Assembly: GCA_041645165.1 (NCBI GenBank)
Contig: JBAZQN010000011.1
Location: forward strand, 1,254 to 65,253
DNA length: 64,000 bases
Reading direction: 5' to 3'
Source of the DNA: Patescibacteria group bacterium
GTDB lineage: Bacteria; Patescibacteriota; Patescibacteriia; 2-02-FULL-49-11
Within the stretch, counting starts at the first letter, position 1; every line of letters begins with the position of its first letter. Both the position numbers and the translations under genes were made by a program. The notes beneath the pieces are model-generated. The model searched no databases, was not told the origin of the DNA, and saw nothing but the letters and a program-made list of their open reading frames with translations. Shown one piece after another: positions 1-8,962 of the stretch.

Positions 1-798
1 AAAATAAGCCCGGGAGGGAAATTATTAGGCATTGACCTGGATGATGAGGCTATCGCGCGCGCCAGGGAACGGCTTCGCCGATTCGGGAACAGGGTAATCC
101 TTGCACAGGGTAATTTTCGCGAACTCGCCGCATTGCGCCAGAAATTTTTCCCCTATCCTGTCTGTGCCGTGCTCCTTGACCTAGGGCTTTCAAGCGACCA
201 GTTGGATAATCCCCGTCGTGGTTTCTCCTTTCTCACGGAAGGGCCGCTCGATATGCGCCTTCGAGGGACAGGAGATGCTTCGACAATCTCTGCGCGCGAG
301 GTGGTCAATACCGCCCCCGAAGCGGATCTTGCACGCATCTTTAGGCAGTACGGTGAAGAACGATTTGCGAACGCGATTGCACATACTCTCGTAGTCGCCC
401 GGGAGCGCAAGCCCATCGAGACGACTCAGGCACTCGCTTCGCTCATTGTAAGCGCCGTACCTCCCCATGCTCGTCGTGTCTCGCGGGTTCATCCCGCAAC
501 GAGAATTTTTCAAGCGTTGAGGATTGCCGTGAATCAAGAACTCGGCTCACTCGAGGAGACCTTGCCGCAAGCGGCAGGTCTCCTCGAGCCTCAAGGCCGA
601 TGCGCGGTCATATCGTTCCATTCTTTGGAAGATCGGATCGTGAAGCACGGGTTCAATGCGCTCGCGCGAAAAAAGATCGTGCGCATCATCACTAAAACCC
701 CCCGCGTTCCCGCATCAGATGAAGTCATAAGAAATCCCCGCGCGCGGAGCGCAAAATTAAGAGTGATTGAAAGATTGGGAGAAAATTATCAATTATAA
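1..798 (+). CDS. rsmH: 16S rRNA (cytosine1402-N4)-methyltransferase RsmH/MraW, 5'-truncated at window edge
   Basis: The open frame runs from nt 1 with no stop. The translation (…GIDLDDEAIARARERL… LLDLGLSSDQLDNPRRGFSF…) matches the RsmH SAM-methyltransferase core. It sits at the head of the dcw cluster before ftsL-ftsI-murF. Confidence 0.85.
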   Translation, partial: KISPGGKLLGIDLDDEAIARARERLRRFGNRVILAQGNFRELAALRQKFFPYPVCAVLLDLGLSSDQLDNPRRGFSFLTEGPLDMRLRGTGDASTISAREVVNTAPEADLARIFRQYGEERFANAIAHTLVVARERKPIETTQALASLIVSAVPPHARRVSRVHPATRIFQALRIAVNQELGSLEETLPQAAGLLEPQGRCAVISFHSLEDRIVKHGFNALARKKIVRIITKTPRVPASDEVIRNPRARSAKLRVIERLGENYQL

Positions 799-799
799 A

Positions 800-930
800 A
801 TCTTGGAAGATTATCTGCGTTGATCTACGTTCGGCCCCGTCATTCGACGGGGTAAACCGCTTAAGTATATTGCGCTTGCCAGGTCGGATGACCTGGGCCG
901 AATATCTGCGTAGATCAGCGTGGAAACTCG
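800..930 (+). repeat. composite palindromic spacer between rsmH and ftsL
   Basis: atctgcgttgatctacg … ccgtcattcgacgg … ccaggtcggatgacctgg … atctgcgtagatcagcg. The cCGTCATTCGACGg hairpin motif recurs at 7140 and 29315. Confidence 0.6.
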
Positions 931-985
931 TCTTGTTGATTATCCATGAATCTCAAAAAATAAAAAGTGCGTCGAGAGGCTTACC

Positions 986-1363
986 ATGCTCCATGCCCAA
1001 ACGGTTACGTTAGAGCGTTTCACACCCACACGCGCCACTCAACGGCGTGCGCATGGTCGCACACGGACTGTGTCCTTGCCCTCTGCCATAGGGCTCTTGC
1101 TTGGATGCATTTCTGTAGGCATTGCCTATCTGGTTTCAGTGAGTGCGCAATCAACTACAGGATACGCCTTGCATACGCTGGAGAAGAATTATATTGTTCT
1201 TACCGATGAAGTGCGTACTTTAGAAAGGAGCATCCAAGAGCTTTCTTCCATCAGCGTAATCGAAACCGCCGCGCGGTCCATGGACCTCACAAGTATCGAT
1301 GATCCGCGTTACTTGACTCCTGATACAGGTGTGGCAGTTGGGGAGGGCGTGCAGAAACCGTGA
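986..1363 (+). CDS. ftsL: cell division protein FtsL-like (one TM helix plus coiled coil)
   Basis: 125 aa. It has an N-terminal basic region, one hydrophobic helix (LLLGCISVGIAYLV) and then a coiled-coil segment. It lies between rsmH and ftsI. Confidence 0.6.
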   Translation: MLHAQTVTLERFTPTRATQRRAHGRTRTVSLPSAIGLLLGCISVGIAYLVSVSAQSTTGYALHTLEKNYIVLTDEVRTLERSIQELSSISVIETAARSMDLTSIDDPRYLTPDTGVAVGEGVQKP

Positions 1364-1540
1364 GGAGAATAAATTAAGCTTTGCACTTTAGTGGCGTAAA
1401 CTGGCGTTGTTCTGGCGTATATTGGCTTCTATATAATGGCCATAGAAGCTATTTCGGGCTACATTGTCATCAAGATATGGCGAAGCCATACACGCTACTT
1501 TACGCTATACTATTGAAATTTCGATACGATAAAATAAGGT

Positions 1541-3304
1541 ATGGCTCGTCTCATTTCAGTTCGCTCCCGCAAGTCAGAGGATAAACGGTTGACAATATTG
1601 AAAACCGTTTTTTTTCTTTTTGGTTTGATATTAATAGGCAGGCTCTTTGAGCTTCAAGTGCTTAAAGGCAAAGCCTATTCCCTGAAGGCTGATGAGCAAT
1701 ATTCTGTGCGCAGGACCGTGGAGGCGCCGCGGGGGCTCATTTTTGTCCATGAGCGCACCCAAGAGGATGCAGATGATGAGTTGTTCCCCATCGCCCGAAA
1801 CGTAAACCGCCATTTGATTTACGCGGTTCCTAAGGATATTGAAAATCCGGAGGAAACCATCGGCATATTAAGCCCCCTCTTGGGATTATCGGCTGATGAG
1901 CTATCCAGAAAACTTAATAAACCGCTTGATCCGTTTGAGCCGCTCCTTCACGGGGCCAGTGACGAGATGTGGGCATTGCTGCAAGAGCGCAACATCACGG
2001 GAATCGGCGCACAGGTTGAATATGCCCGGGATTATCCTGAAGGGCTGCTCTTTGGGACGATTACAGGATTTATGCAAGGGGAAGGGGAGGACCGCCGCGG
2101 ACAATACGGCATCGAGCAGGCTTATGAGGATGCCCTGAAGGGCATAAGAGGATTATTTGACGTAGAGCAGGACGCAAATGGGAATGTCATTCCTATCGGA
2201 CGTGAGGATTCATACGCCGCAGTGCCGGGGAGCGATATTATCCTCACCATCGATCATGCGATCCAATATCGCGCCTGTGAGCGGCTTGACCACGCGGTAA
2301 AGCTTCATGGAGCAAAGGGAGGTTCTCTCTTGATTCTTGATCCTGTGACAGGCGCGGTACGCGCACTCTGCGTGACGCCTCGTTTTGATCCGAATAGTTA
2401 CGGATCTGTGAAAGATTTGAGCGTATACCTTAATCAGATAATTACAGCTCCATGGGAGCCAGGATCCATATTTAAAGCGATTACCATGGCTGCGGCATTG
2501 GAACATGAGGTAGTGACTCCTGATACGACGTATGTGGATATCGGGAGCGTGACCTTGGACAAAGAAACGATTAAAAATGCTGACAATAAGGTATATGGCG
2601 AACAGACCATGACGCAGGTGCTTGCGAATTCTATCAACACGGGCGCGGTGTATGCGCAGCGAAAGGTGGGAAAAGATATTTTCCGCACCACAGTGGAAGC
2701 GTTTGGGTTTGGGCGCAAGACCGGCATTGAGCTGCCTGCGGAAAATTCGGGCAATATATCTTCGCTTACCAAACGCGGAGAAATTTATGCCGCCACTGCC
2801 TCATTCGGGCAAGGCATTACCGTGACTCCCCTGCAGATGGCAGCGGCGTTTGGCGCCATTGCAAATGGCGGCGTGCTTATGAAGCCTTATATTGTCGAAG
2901 AAGTGATTGATGCGGACGGGAAAAAAATAAAAACTGCGCCGCAAGAGGTCGGGCGTGTGATTTCACAACGCACTGCGATTGTGCTGCGCGCAATGCTGGT
3001 GAACGTGGTCGAAGAAGGGCATGGCAAGCGCGCAGGCGTGCAAGGGTACTGGGTCGCGGGGAAAACCGGCACGGCCCAGGTCGCGCGGAAAGGCGGAAAG
3101 GGGTATGATCCGTACAAGACGATAGGCTCGTTTATCGGGTTTGGCCCGGTGGATGCGCCGCGATTTGTGATGCTGGTGAAGATAGACGAACCTTCCAGCG
3201 TAAAGTTTGCGGAGAGCACTGCGGCGCCGGTATTCGGCGAAATGGCAAATTTTTTGTTCCAGTATTACCGCATAAAACCGACACGTGAGGTGGTGAAGAA
3301 GTAA
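1541..3304 (+). CDS. ftsI: peptidoglycan D,D-transpeptidase FtsI / class B penicillin-binding protein
   Basis: 587 aa with the transpeptidase motifs SIFK (SxxK), NSINTG (SxN) and KTGTA (KTG), and an N-terminal membrane anchor. Confidence 0.9.
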   Translation: MARLISVRSRKSEDKRLTILKTVFFLFGLILIGRLFELQVLKGKAYSLKADEQYSVRRTVEAPRGLIFVHERTQEDADDELFPIARNVNRHLIYAVPKDIENPEETIGILSPLLGLSADELSRKLNKPLDPFEPLLHGASDEMWALLQERNITGIGAQVEYARDYPEGLLFGTITGFMQGEGEDRRGQYGIEQAYEDALKGIRGLFDVEQDANGNVIPIGREDSYAAVPGSDIILTIDHAIQYRACERLDHAVKLHGAKGGSLLILDPVTGAVRALCVTPRFDPNSYGSVKDLSVYLNQIITAPWEPGSIFKAITMAAALEHEVVTPDTTYVDIGSVTLDKETIKNADNKVYGEQTMTQVLANSINTGAVYAQRKVGKDIFRTTVEAFGFGRKTGIELPAENSGNISSLTKRGEIYAATASFGQGITVTPLQMAAAFGAIANGGVLMKPYIVEEVIDADGKKIKTAPQEVGRVISQRTAIVLRAMLVNVVEEGHGKRAGVQGYWVAGKTGTAQVARKGGKGYDPYKTIGSFIGFGPVDAPRFVMLVKIDEPSSVKFAESTAAPVFGEMANFLFQYYRIKPTREVVKK

Positions 3305-3349
3305 GATAATAACTGCTCATCTATCACCCATTTTCTGCAGGAACGCTTC

Positions 3350-3437
3350 GGGAACTGACAATTTTGTTCGGCGTCGCGATCAAGCAGCTTGATACGCCTT
3401 TCCGCCTCAAAAATTGCAGTCCCCTCGCTTTTCCATC
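3350..3437 (+). repeat. structured ~85-nt repeat family S (acaattttgttcggcgtcgcgatcaagcagcttgatacgcctttccgcctcaaaaattgc), copy 1
   Basis: Four copies lie in this window (3350, 15723, 34155, 57767). The outer inverted repeats differ between copies but stay complementary. Confidence 0.8.
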
Positions 3438-3526
3438 AAGTCTGTGTGCAGTTATTTAAGATTAGGGTAGAAAAGATTGATGGTTTGAGGTACAATTATT
3501 CTGTTCCATGTTCCATATTTTAACCT

Positions 3527-4822
3527 ATGTCACTGAAACGTAAATTAATACAACGAATCTTGGGTTGGTTCGCCCGTAAAATAATCCATAAATATCAGCC
3601 AAGGGTGATAGGGATTACGGGAAGCGTCGGCAAGACGTCAGCGAAGGAGGCGGTCGCCAAAGTGCTTGAGGGGAGTTTTGCGGTGCGCAAAAATGAGAGG
3701 AATTATAATACGGAAATCGGCATCCCGCTTGCCATTATTGGCTATGCAGGGCAGCCGAAATCTTTTTTTAATTGGCTAGAGGTGCTTCTGAATGCGATTG
3801 AGCTGCTGCTTTTTAAAGACCGCGGCTATCCCACTGTACTCGTGCTTGAGATGGGCGCTGACCATCCCGGCGATATTCGGACGCTCACAAAAATTGCGCC
3901 TTGCGATATCGGCGTCGTAACCGCAGTGGGGCCCACGCACTTGGAATATTTTAGTACGGTGGAAGAAGTGCTGAAGGAAAAATCCATCCTCGTTTCACAT
4001 TTACGAAAAGGGGGAACGGCGATACTCAATCACGATGACGCGCTTGTGTATCCCTTGCGGCACAGAACACAAGCGCAGGTGTTTACCTATGGCTATGCGG
4101 CATCCGCATCGGTACAAGCGGTCGAGGCGAAGACCTCACTTGATCCTTGGCTTCAAAATAAAAAGAGCGATTATTTGGGCGGCGTGACGTTCAAGCTGGT
4201 TTTTCAAGGCGCGACCGTGCCCATCCGTCTCCAAGGGCTTATCGGTAACCCGCCCGTGTATGCCGCACTCGCCGCTGCGGCCGTCGGCATCAACCTCGGC
4301 CTCAATCTCCATACGATCGCAGAGCGGTTGAGTGCATTGAAAGGATTGCCTGGACGGCTCACACTCATCCGTGGCGTGCGCGGCACGCTTATTATTGATG
4401 ATACCTATAATTCCTCGCCCGTAGCTGCAGTGGAGGCGTTGTCGCTCCTGCGGGATTTGGCGCCTTCTGGACATCGCACGTGGGCGGTATTGGGCGATAT
4501 GCTTGAATTGGGCGCATACACAAAAGAAGCGCATGAGGAGGTGGGGAGCGCGGTGGTGGCGAAAGCGAACGCCAGTATGCTCATAACCGTGGGAGAACGG
4601 GCACGCGATATTGCGCGCGCAGCAATGAAAGCGGGGTTAAGCAGTAATATGGTGTTTAGTTTCGCCACCCCAGAGGAGGCGGGACGATTTATCCAAAATA
4701 GACTCCAGGAGGGAGATGTGTTGCTGGTGAAGGGCTCGCGGGGAATGCATATGGAAACCGTGGTAAAAGAGCTTATGGCAGAACCCTTAAGGGCGGATGA
4801 ATTGCTTGTGCATGAGCATTGA
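3527..4822 (+). CDS. murF: UDP-N-acetylmuramoyl-tripeptide--D-alanyl-D-alanine ligase
   Basis: 431 aa with the Mur-ligase P-loop ITGSVGKTSAKE and the overall MurF domain order. Confidence 0.9.
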   Translation: MSLKRKLIQRILGWFARKIIHKYQPRVIGITGSVGKTSAKEAVAKVLEGSFAVRKNERNYNTEIGIPLAIIGYAGQPKSFFNWLEVLLNAIELLLFKDRGYPTVLVLEMGADHPGDIRTLTKIAPCDIGVVTAVGPTHLEYFSTVEEVLKEKSILVSHLRKGGTAILNHDDALVYPLRHRTQAQVFTYGYAASASVQAVEAKTSLDPWLQNKKSDYLGGVTFKLVFQGATVPIRLQGLIGNPPVYAALAAAAVGINLGLNLHTIAERLSALKGLPGRLTLIRGVRGTLIIDDTYNSSPVAAVEALSLLRDLAPSGHRTWAVLGDMLELGAYTKEAHEEVGSAVVAKANASMLITVGERARDIARAAMKAGLSSNMVFSFATPEEAGRFIQNRLQEGDVLLVKGSRGMHMETVVKELMAEPLRADELLVHEH

Positions 4823-4859
4823 GGGTGTATGCGCACATTGGGGATGTATATTCCTACAC

Positions 4860-4945
4860 AAAACCCCCTCTTTAGTCTCCCCCTTTCAGGGGGAGAACAT
4901 CCATCAATCGTCCTCCCCTTAAAAAGGGGGAGGATGAAGGTGGGG
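4860..4945 (+). terminator. pair of GC-rich hairpins downstream of murF (tctccccctttcagggggaga; cctccccttaaaaagggggagg)
   Basis: Two perfect 7-8 bp stems with no U-tract. Related C-rich palindromes occur inside the MITE-A copies. Confidence 0.4.
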
Positions 4946-5022
4946 GTGTCGATGGCCGGTGAGCATGTGCTTAAAGGTATCTTGACTTTAAAGTTATAAA
5001 CTGGTAACTCATTATTACGCAC

Positions 5023-5094
5023 GGCCTCTTCGTCTAGCGGCTAGGACATCTGGTTCTCAGCCAGAGAACAGGGGTTCAATTCCCCTAGAGGCTA
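5023..5094 (+). tRNA. tRNA-Glu (anticodon CUC)
   Basis: Manual cloverleaf: acceptor GGCCTCT/AGAGGCT (G1-U72 wobble), D arm GTCT-AGCGGCTA-GGAC, anticodon stem TCTGG/CCAGA with loop TTCTCAG, T arm AGGGG-TTCAATT-CCCCT, discriminator A. No encoded CCA. Confidence 0.8.
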
Positions 5095-5107
5095 ATTTCT
5101 AATTTAG

Positions 5108-5200
5108 GGTCAGCCATAGAACCCGGGTTCAAATCCCGGTGGCGGTAGTTGGTGCGGGGTCAGCGCAGGGACACCGGTTCAAATCCGATTGGGGCTGCCA
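5108..5200 (+). other. two tandem tRNA 3'-half fragments (anticodon-loop TCAG onward: variable region, T arm GGTTCAAATCC, acceptor 3' strand; the second ends in CCA)
   Basis: Fragment 1 is about 5108-5147 (…TCAGCCATAGAAC-CCGGG-TTCAAAT-CCCGG-TGGCGGT-A). Fragment 2 is about 5156-5200 (…TCAGCGCAGGGAC-ACCGG-TTCAAAT-CCGAT-TGGGGCT-G-CCA). No matching 5' acceptor strand, D arm or anticodon stem lies upstream of either. Confidence 0.6.
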
Positions 5201-5356
5201 TTTGAGAAAGGTCAAATTCACAGAAATCGCCTTGCTTCGCTCGACAATCAAATTATAAGGAATAATAGGCTTAAAAATCAGTTGGCGATTCTGGATTAGA
5301 AATAAAAGAAAATTTTTCATAGTTTTTATAAATTAATTTTTTAATTTACAAAATAT

Positions 5357-6130
5357 ATGTCATCTGAATTCGGACTGTCTCTCGAACAAATGGGAATAAA
5401 ACCGGAAGAAGTCAAAACTGAAACGCCAAAACAAGTTATTTATTCACCCACTTCTGTTGATAATCAACCTGACCATCGACAAGAAGAAATAGAAGTGAAA
5501 CAACGACAGGATACAGAAAAAATTAGAGAAAGTTTGAAAATAACTGAACCTACCGCGAAAATTGGTAATGCTGAAGAAAAAGGAGGTAATTCTGCAGAAA
5601 TACAAAAAGTTGATATAGCGCAAGCCACAGCTGATCTCGAACAGCAGTTTAATGATTTTCTTGAATCTTTTGCTAAGGAAAATGGGTTGGATGATTATAA
5701 TATTCATCAACTTCAGGAAGCTGCTCAAAAAATGCGGCTTAAAGGAGAAGCTGCGCTAGTAGAAAACAATATTAGAGAAAGAGATAAAGTGGAACAAATG
5801 CGCGTGGATGAGGCCACGGTTAATGAAAAAACTGAGCAACTTAATAGTATTGTTGGTAGGTGTAACAATGGATTAGATGAAATTGATGGCATAGAATTTA
5901 GGGGCAAGGTTCAGGCATTAAATGATGAGCTAAAGAAAGTAAATGAAGCTGCTGAAAGACAGGGCGAAAAGAAAATTCGGTCTTTTCTGTCAGCTGATTA
6001 TGGTGACGATTCATTTGTAAGGAAAATTTTTCGTGATAGAGACATGGCTAATGTAGCTCTCGAATCACTAAGAACAACTGTACAAAAAATTGCTGAAGGC
6101 ATAAAGCGAGGTTCGCGGTATGGTTATTAA
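5357..6130 (+). CDS. hypothetical Glu/Lys-rich coiled-coil protein (low GC)
   Basis: 257-aa ORF with AT-rich codon usage unlike its neighbours. No recognisable motif. Confidence 0.45.
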   Translation: MSSEFGLSLEQMGIKPEEVKTETPKQVIYSPTSVDNQPDHRQEEIEVKQRQDTEKIRESLKITEPTAKIGNAEEKGGNSAEIQKVDIAQATADLEQQFNDFLESFAKENGLDDYNIHQLQEAAQKMRLKGEAALVENNIRERDKVEQMRVDEATVNEKTEQLNSIVGRCNNGLDEIDGIEFRGKVQALNDELKKVNEAAERQGEKKIRSFLSADYGDDSFVRKIFRDRDMANVALESLRTTVQKIAEGIKRGSRYGY

Positions 6131-6305
6131 CTCATAAAGAATTTGCCGTCATAGAAAAACTAAAAATTGTCATCCCCGCGGCGAAGCCGCGTCAGAATTA
6201 TCAGATTTGGCGTGGTTCGGATGGCCGCCGCCTTCGGTGGCGAAATGAGTTCAAACTAATTTAAGAATACTCTATTTATAATTATAAATATTATTCACTA
6301 ATGTA

Positions 6306-7076
6306 TTGCTTATGATTATAGTATGGTCTATTCTCGGTTTTGCGTTATTATTGCTCATATCAGGTCTGCGGGTGATTGATCAGTATGAGCGGGGAGTAGT
6401 GCTTACCCTTGGAAAATATACGAGCACGCGAGTTCCTGGATTGAGATGGATATTTCCTGTGATCCAGCGGATGATCAAGATAGATCTTCGGATTACGACG
6501 ATTGACATTCCCCAGCAGGAAGTGATTACCAGAGACAACGTGCCGGTGGGGATCAATGCAGTGGTGTACTTCCAGGTAGAGGTGGCGGAAAATGCGATTT
6601 TGAATATCAAGGATTATACTCTTGCGGTGTCCCAGTACGCCCAGGCTGCTTTGCGGGATGTCATTGGCGGGATAGAGCTTGATTCGCTCCTGACGGAGCG
6701 GGAAAAGACCGCGGAGGTGATTAAAAAAATCGTGGACGAGGCCACGAAAGTATGGGGCATCAATGTCACTGACATCAAGATTCAGGATATTGAGCTGCCT
6801 GCGGATATGAAGCGCGTGATGGCCAAGCAGGCAGAAGCCGAGCGTGAACGCCGCGCCATTATCATTAAGGCAGAAGGGGAGTATTCCGCGTCAGAAAGGC
6901 TCGCACAGGCGGCAGAGCGCTTGAGCAGCGCCCCTGGCGGCATATCGCTGCGCACGCTTTCGACTATTGAAAAATTAAATCCTGATCCTTCGAAGATGGT
7001 CATCTTCACGCTGCCGGTAGAATTTTTTGAAGGTATCAAGACGCTCTCGTCATTCCTTCGCGACAAAAAGAAGTAG
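6306..7076 (+). CDS. SPFH/band-7 (stomatin/prohibitin-like) membrane protein
   Basis: 256 aa. N-terminal TM helix followed by the SPFH core (RVIDQYERGVVLTLGKY… QEVITRDNVPVGINAVVYFQV…) and a C-terminal coiled coil. Confidence 0.8.
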   Translation: MLMIIVWSILGFALLLLISGLRVIDQYERGVVLTLGKYTSTRVPGLRWIFPVIQRMIKIDLRITTIDIPQQEVITRDNVPVGINAVVYFQVEVAENAILNIKDYTLAVSQYAQAALRDVIGGIELDSLLTEREKTAEVIKKIVDEATKVWGINVTDIKIQDIELPADMKRVMAKQAEAERERRAIIIKAEGEYSASERLAQAAERLSSAPGGISLRTLSTIEKLNPDPSKMVIFTLPVEFFEGIKTLSSFLRDKKK

Positions 7077-7185
7077 AGGGGTTTATTCAAGCGTAGAGTA
7101 GCGTGGCAGTTTATCTGCCACCCACCATGTCGCAGACATCCCAGTCATTCGACGGGATAAAAGCTGCGACGCTACAGAGAGCTAA

Positions 7186-7285
7186 GGCGCCGTAAAAAAA
7201 TAACATATCCCGCCATCTACGCCGTACGTCAACAAAATAAGGACAAACCTATGGGACAAGTGAAATGTTATTTTTTTAAGCGCCC
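7186..7285 (+). repeat. ~100-bp dispersed repeat (ggcgccgtaaaaaaataacatatcccgccatctacgccgtacgtcaacaaaataaggacaaacctatgggacaagtgaaatgttatttttttaagcgcc), copy 1
   Basis: A near-identical copy lies at about 52324-52426, nested inside a MITE-A copy. Both copies generate the same spurious ORF start MGQVKCYFFKRP. Confidence 0.85.
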
Positions 7286-7301
7286 TAATGTGCTGAAGGG
7301 C

Positions 7302-8063
7302 TTATTTGATCACTTTCAAGAATCCCTCGACAAGGCTTGCCGTTTCTTCGGTGCTCTGGAATACCGATTTCCAGACCACGACAATGTCAGCGTCGTTGAA
7401 GATGACGCTCTGCGCTTCGCGGAGGGTGTCGCCGCCTGCGACCGCGATAAGCACGTCATAGTTCCCTTTGATCCTCCTGATCTCATGCAAGGGGAGCATC
7501 TTTTGCCTGTTAATCCGCTCTTCATCCACGCCGCGGTGGAGGATAACCACCGGCGGTATTTTTTTAAGCGCGCGCAGCACGGTGAGGGGAAATTCCACGT
7601 TCATCATGTCCACCATGGCGTCGAGCCCGAGCGATTGGCAGGTATCGATAAATGCATTAAGTGTTTCCACTGGCGCGTTTCCCAGTGCTACCGCGGCGCT
7701 CGCGCCGGCACGCGCCGCCATTTCGACTTCCGTGGATCCTCTGTCCATGGTTTTTAAGTCAGCAATGATATAAGGAATTTCAGTTATTTCATTTTGGAGT
7801 TGGAGAGGATGAGAGAGGGAGGAAAGTGCAAACCGGGGGTTAATCGTAAAGCGTCCGTATAATTTTTCGCTCCACCAATATACGATTTTTCTGATGCCCT
7901 CCTCGCCATACTGCTTGATAAGGGGTGTGCCCGCCTCTATCAAAATGCGGTTATCAGGAGGCAGCTGTTCAATAATACTGCGGGCTTCTTCAAGCGTATT
8001 GTTGAGCGCCACTTGCAGATAGCGCTTTTTATGGTCAAGTTTTGACTTATTCTTATTCATCAT
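7302..8063 (-). CDS. 3-hexulose-6-phosphate synthase-like protein (OMP-decarboxylase/KGPDC family)
   Basis: 253 aa. Motifs LQVALN…IEAGTPLIK…IIADLKTMDRG…GAS match the HPS/KGPDC TIM-barrel signature (LQVALD…EVGTPLI…ADxKxxDxG). Confidence 0.6.
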   Translation of the reverse strand: MMNKNKSKLDHKKRYLQVALNNTLEEARSIIEQLPPDNRILIEAGTPLIKQYGEEGIRKIVYWWSEKLYGRFTINPRFALSSLSHPLQLQNEITEIPYIIADLKTMDRGSTEVEMAARAGASAAVALGNAPVETLNAFIDTCQSLGLDAMVDMMNVEFPLTVLRALKKIPPVVILHRGVDEERINRQKMLPLHEIRRIKGNYDVLIAVAGGDTLREAQSVIFNDADIVVVWKSVFQSTEETASLVEGFLKVIK

Positions 8064-8104
8064 ACCTCATTAGTATACCAGCATTTGAATGAAAAAATAA
8101 TAGA

Positions 8105-8264
8105 GATGCATATATACGCTCACTGGCCATCGACACCCCTACCACGCCACTCCCTTTTTACGGGGAGGACATAATCGTTGTTCTCCCCCTCCGGTAGGGG
8201 GAGAATCACGAGAGGGGGTTTCATTCGGGAATACATATCCCCCCAGTGAGCGAGTACAGATGCA
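8105..8264. repeat. MITE-A copy 1: ~160-bp element with imperfect terminal inverted repeats (gatgcatatatacgctcactgg / ccagtgagcgagtacagatgcat)
   Basis: A 12-bp direct repeat gcatttgaatga flanks it. The interior contains the C-rich palindrome tctccccctccggtagggggaga. A second, larger copy lies at 52209-52502. Confidence 0.7.
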
Positions 8265-8482
8265 TTTGAATGAGAATTTAGTTTTCTTAAGAAGACGTTA
8301 AATTGTCGATCGATGATTTAACGTCATTCACTTTTATGGAATATTTGTAGGATAGTTGGTAGATGAGTGAGTTGAATGCAAAAAATCCCGTACTTGAATG
8401 TATATAAGCCGGGATTTTTTATAAGTTGACCCATATTTGGGCACCTCCTTTCCTAGGTTGAGATTAGAGGCAGTGGTCGTAG

Positions 8483-8665
8483 TTACGACCGTTTATTTTT
8501 TCTTTCTGGGTGGGCACAGGTGACTGAAGCACCCACCAATTCTTCGTAAACTGTCAAATTTTTTTTATATCGACAGTTTACCCTTTTTTGCTGCCAAAAG
8601 AACTCCCTAGTCTGCGCCGATTTCATCTCAACCAGCGGACATTTTTCTGAATGGCAGATTTCCAT
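8483..8665 (-). CDS. small Cys-containing peptide A (about 60 aa, MEICHSEKCPLVEMK…)
   Basis: Perfect SD aaaggaggtg 6 nt upstream of the ATG. Four Cys residues (C-x4-C … C … C). Paralogous to peptide B immediately upstream. Confidence 0.4.
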   Translation of the reverse strand: MEICHSEKCPLVEMKSAQTREFFWQQKRVNCRYKKNLTVYEELVGASVTCAHPERKNKRS

Positions 8666-8686
8666 GATACTCACCTCCTTTCAGGT

Positions 8687-8854
8687 TTATTTTTCATTCT
8701 TTTTTGGGAGGGGCAGTCGCTTGCACTCCCCATTCCCAGTAGGATTTGGAATACGATGTTTACATTTATTCCAAATCCACATCCACCCAACCTCTCCTTT
8801 CCCCTCAATAACAAGAGGGCAAGGCAACGAATGGCAATTTCCATACCTAGTCAA
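8687..8854 (-). CDS. small Cys-containing peptide B (about 55 aa, TTG start, …YGNCHSLPCPLVIEGK…)
   Basis: Perfect SD gaaaggaggtg 7 nt upstream of the TTG. Shares the CHSxxCPLVxE.K motif with peptide A at DNA and protein level. Its stop overlaps the SD of peptide A. Coordinates are good to about 1 nt. Confidence 0.35.
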   Translation of the reverse strand: MTRYGNCHSLPCPLVIEGKGEVGWMWIWNKCKHRIPNPTGNGECKRLPLPKKNEK

Positions 8855-8962
8855 TTTTATTCACCTCCTTTCATGGAGTTTTTAGGAGAACATTTTTTAC
8901 GCTCACACCATAGCATTGAAATCCCTGTATGTAAAGTGGTTCTGTGCAATATGGGATAGAAT

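Noticed and set aside
5108-5200. Two additional complete tRNA genes after tRNA-Glu
   Set aside because: No 5' acceptor strand, D arm or anticodon stem can be paired for either. Only T arm plus acceptor 3' strand (plus CCA in the second) are present.
7251-7757. 168-aa plus-strand ORF beginning MGQVKCYFFKRP (and its twin at 52390)
   Set aside because: The start lies inside a 100-bp dispersed repeat. The ORF overlaps the HPS-like gene on the other strand, and the twin copy terminates after 60 codons. It is repeat-generated, not a gene.
8445-8873. The three cacctcctttc copies as 16S rRNA 3'-end fragments
   Set aside because: Flanking sequence does not match the 16S 3' terminus (…GGATCACCTCCTT). 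On the minus strand they are canonical SD sequences, each followed at correct spacing by a start codon.
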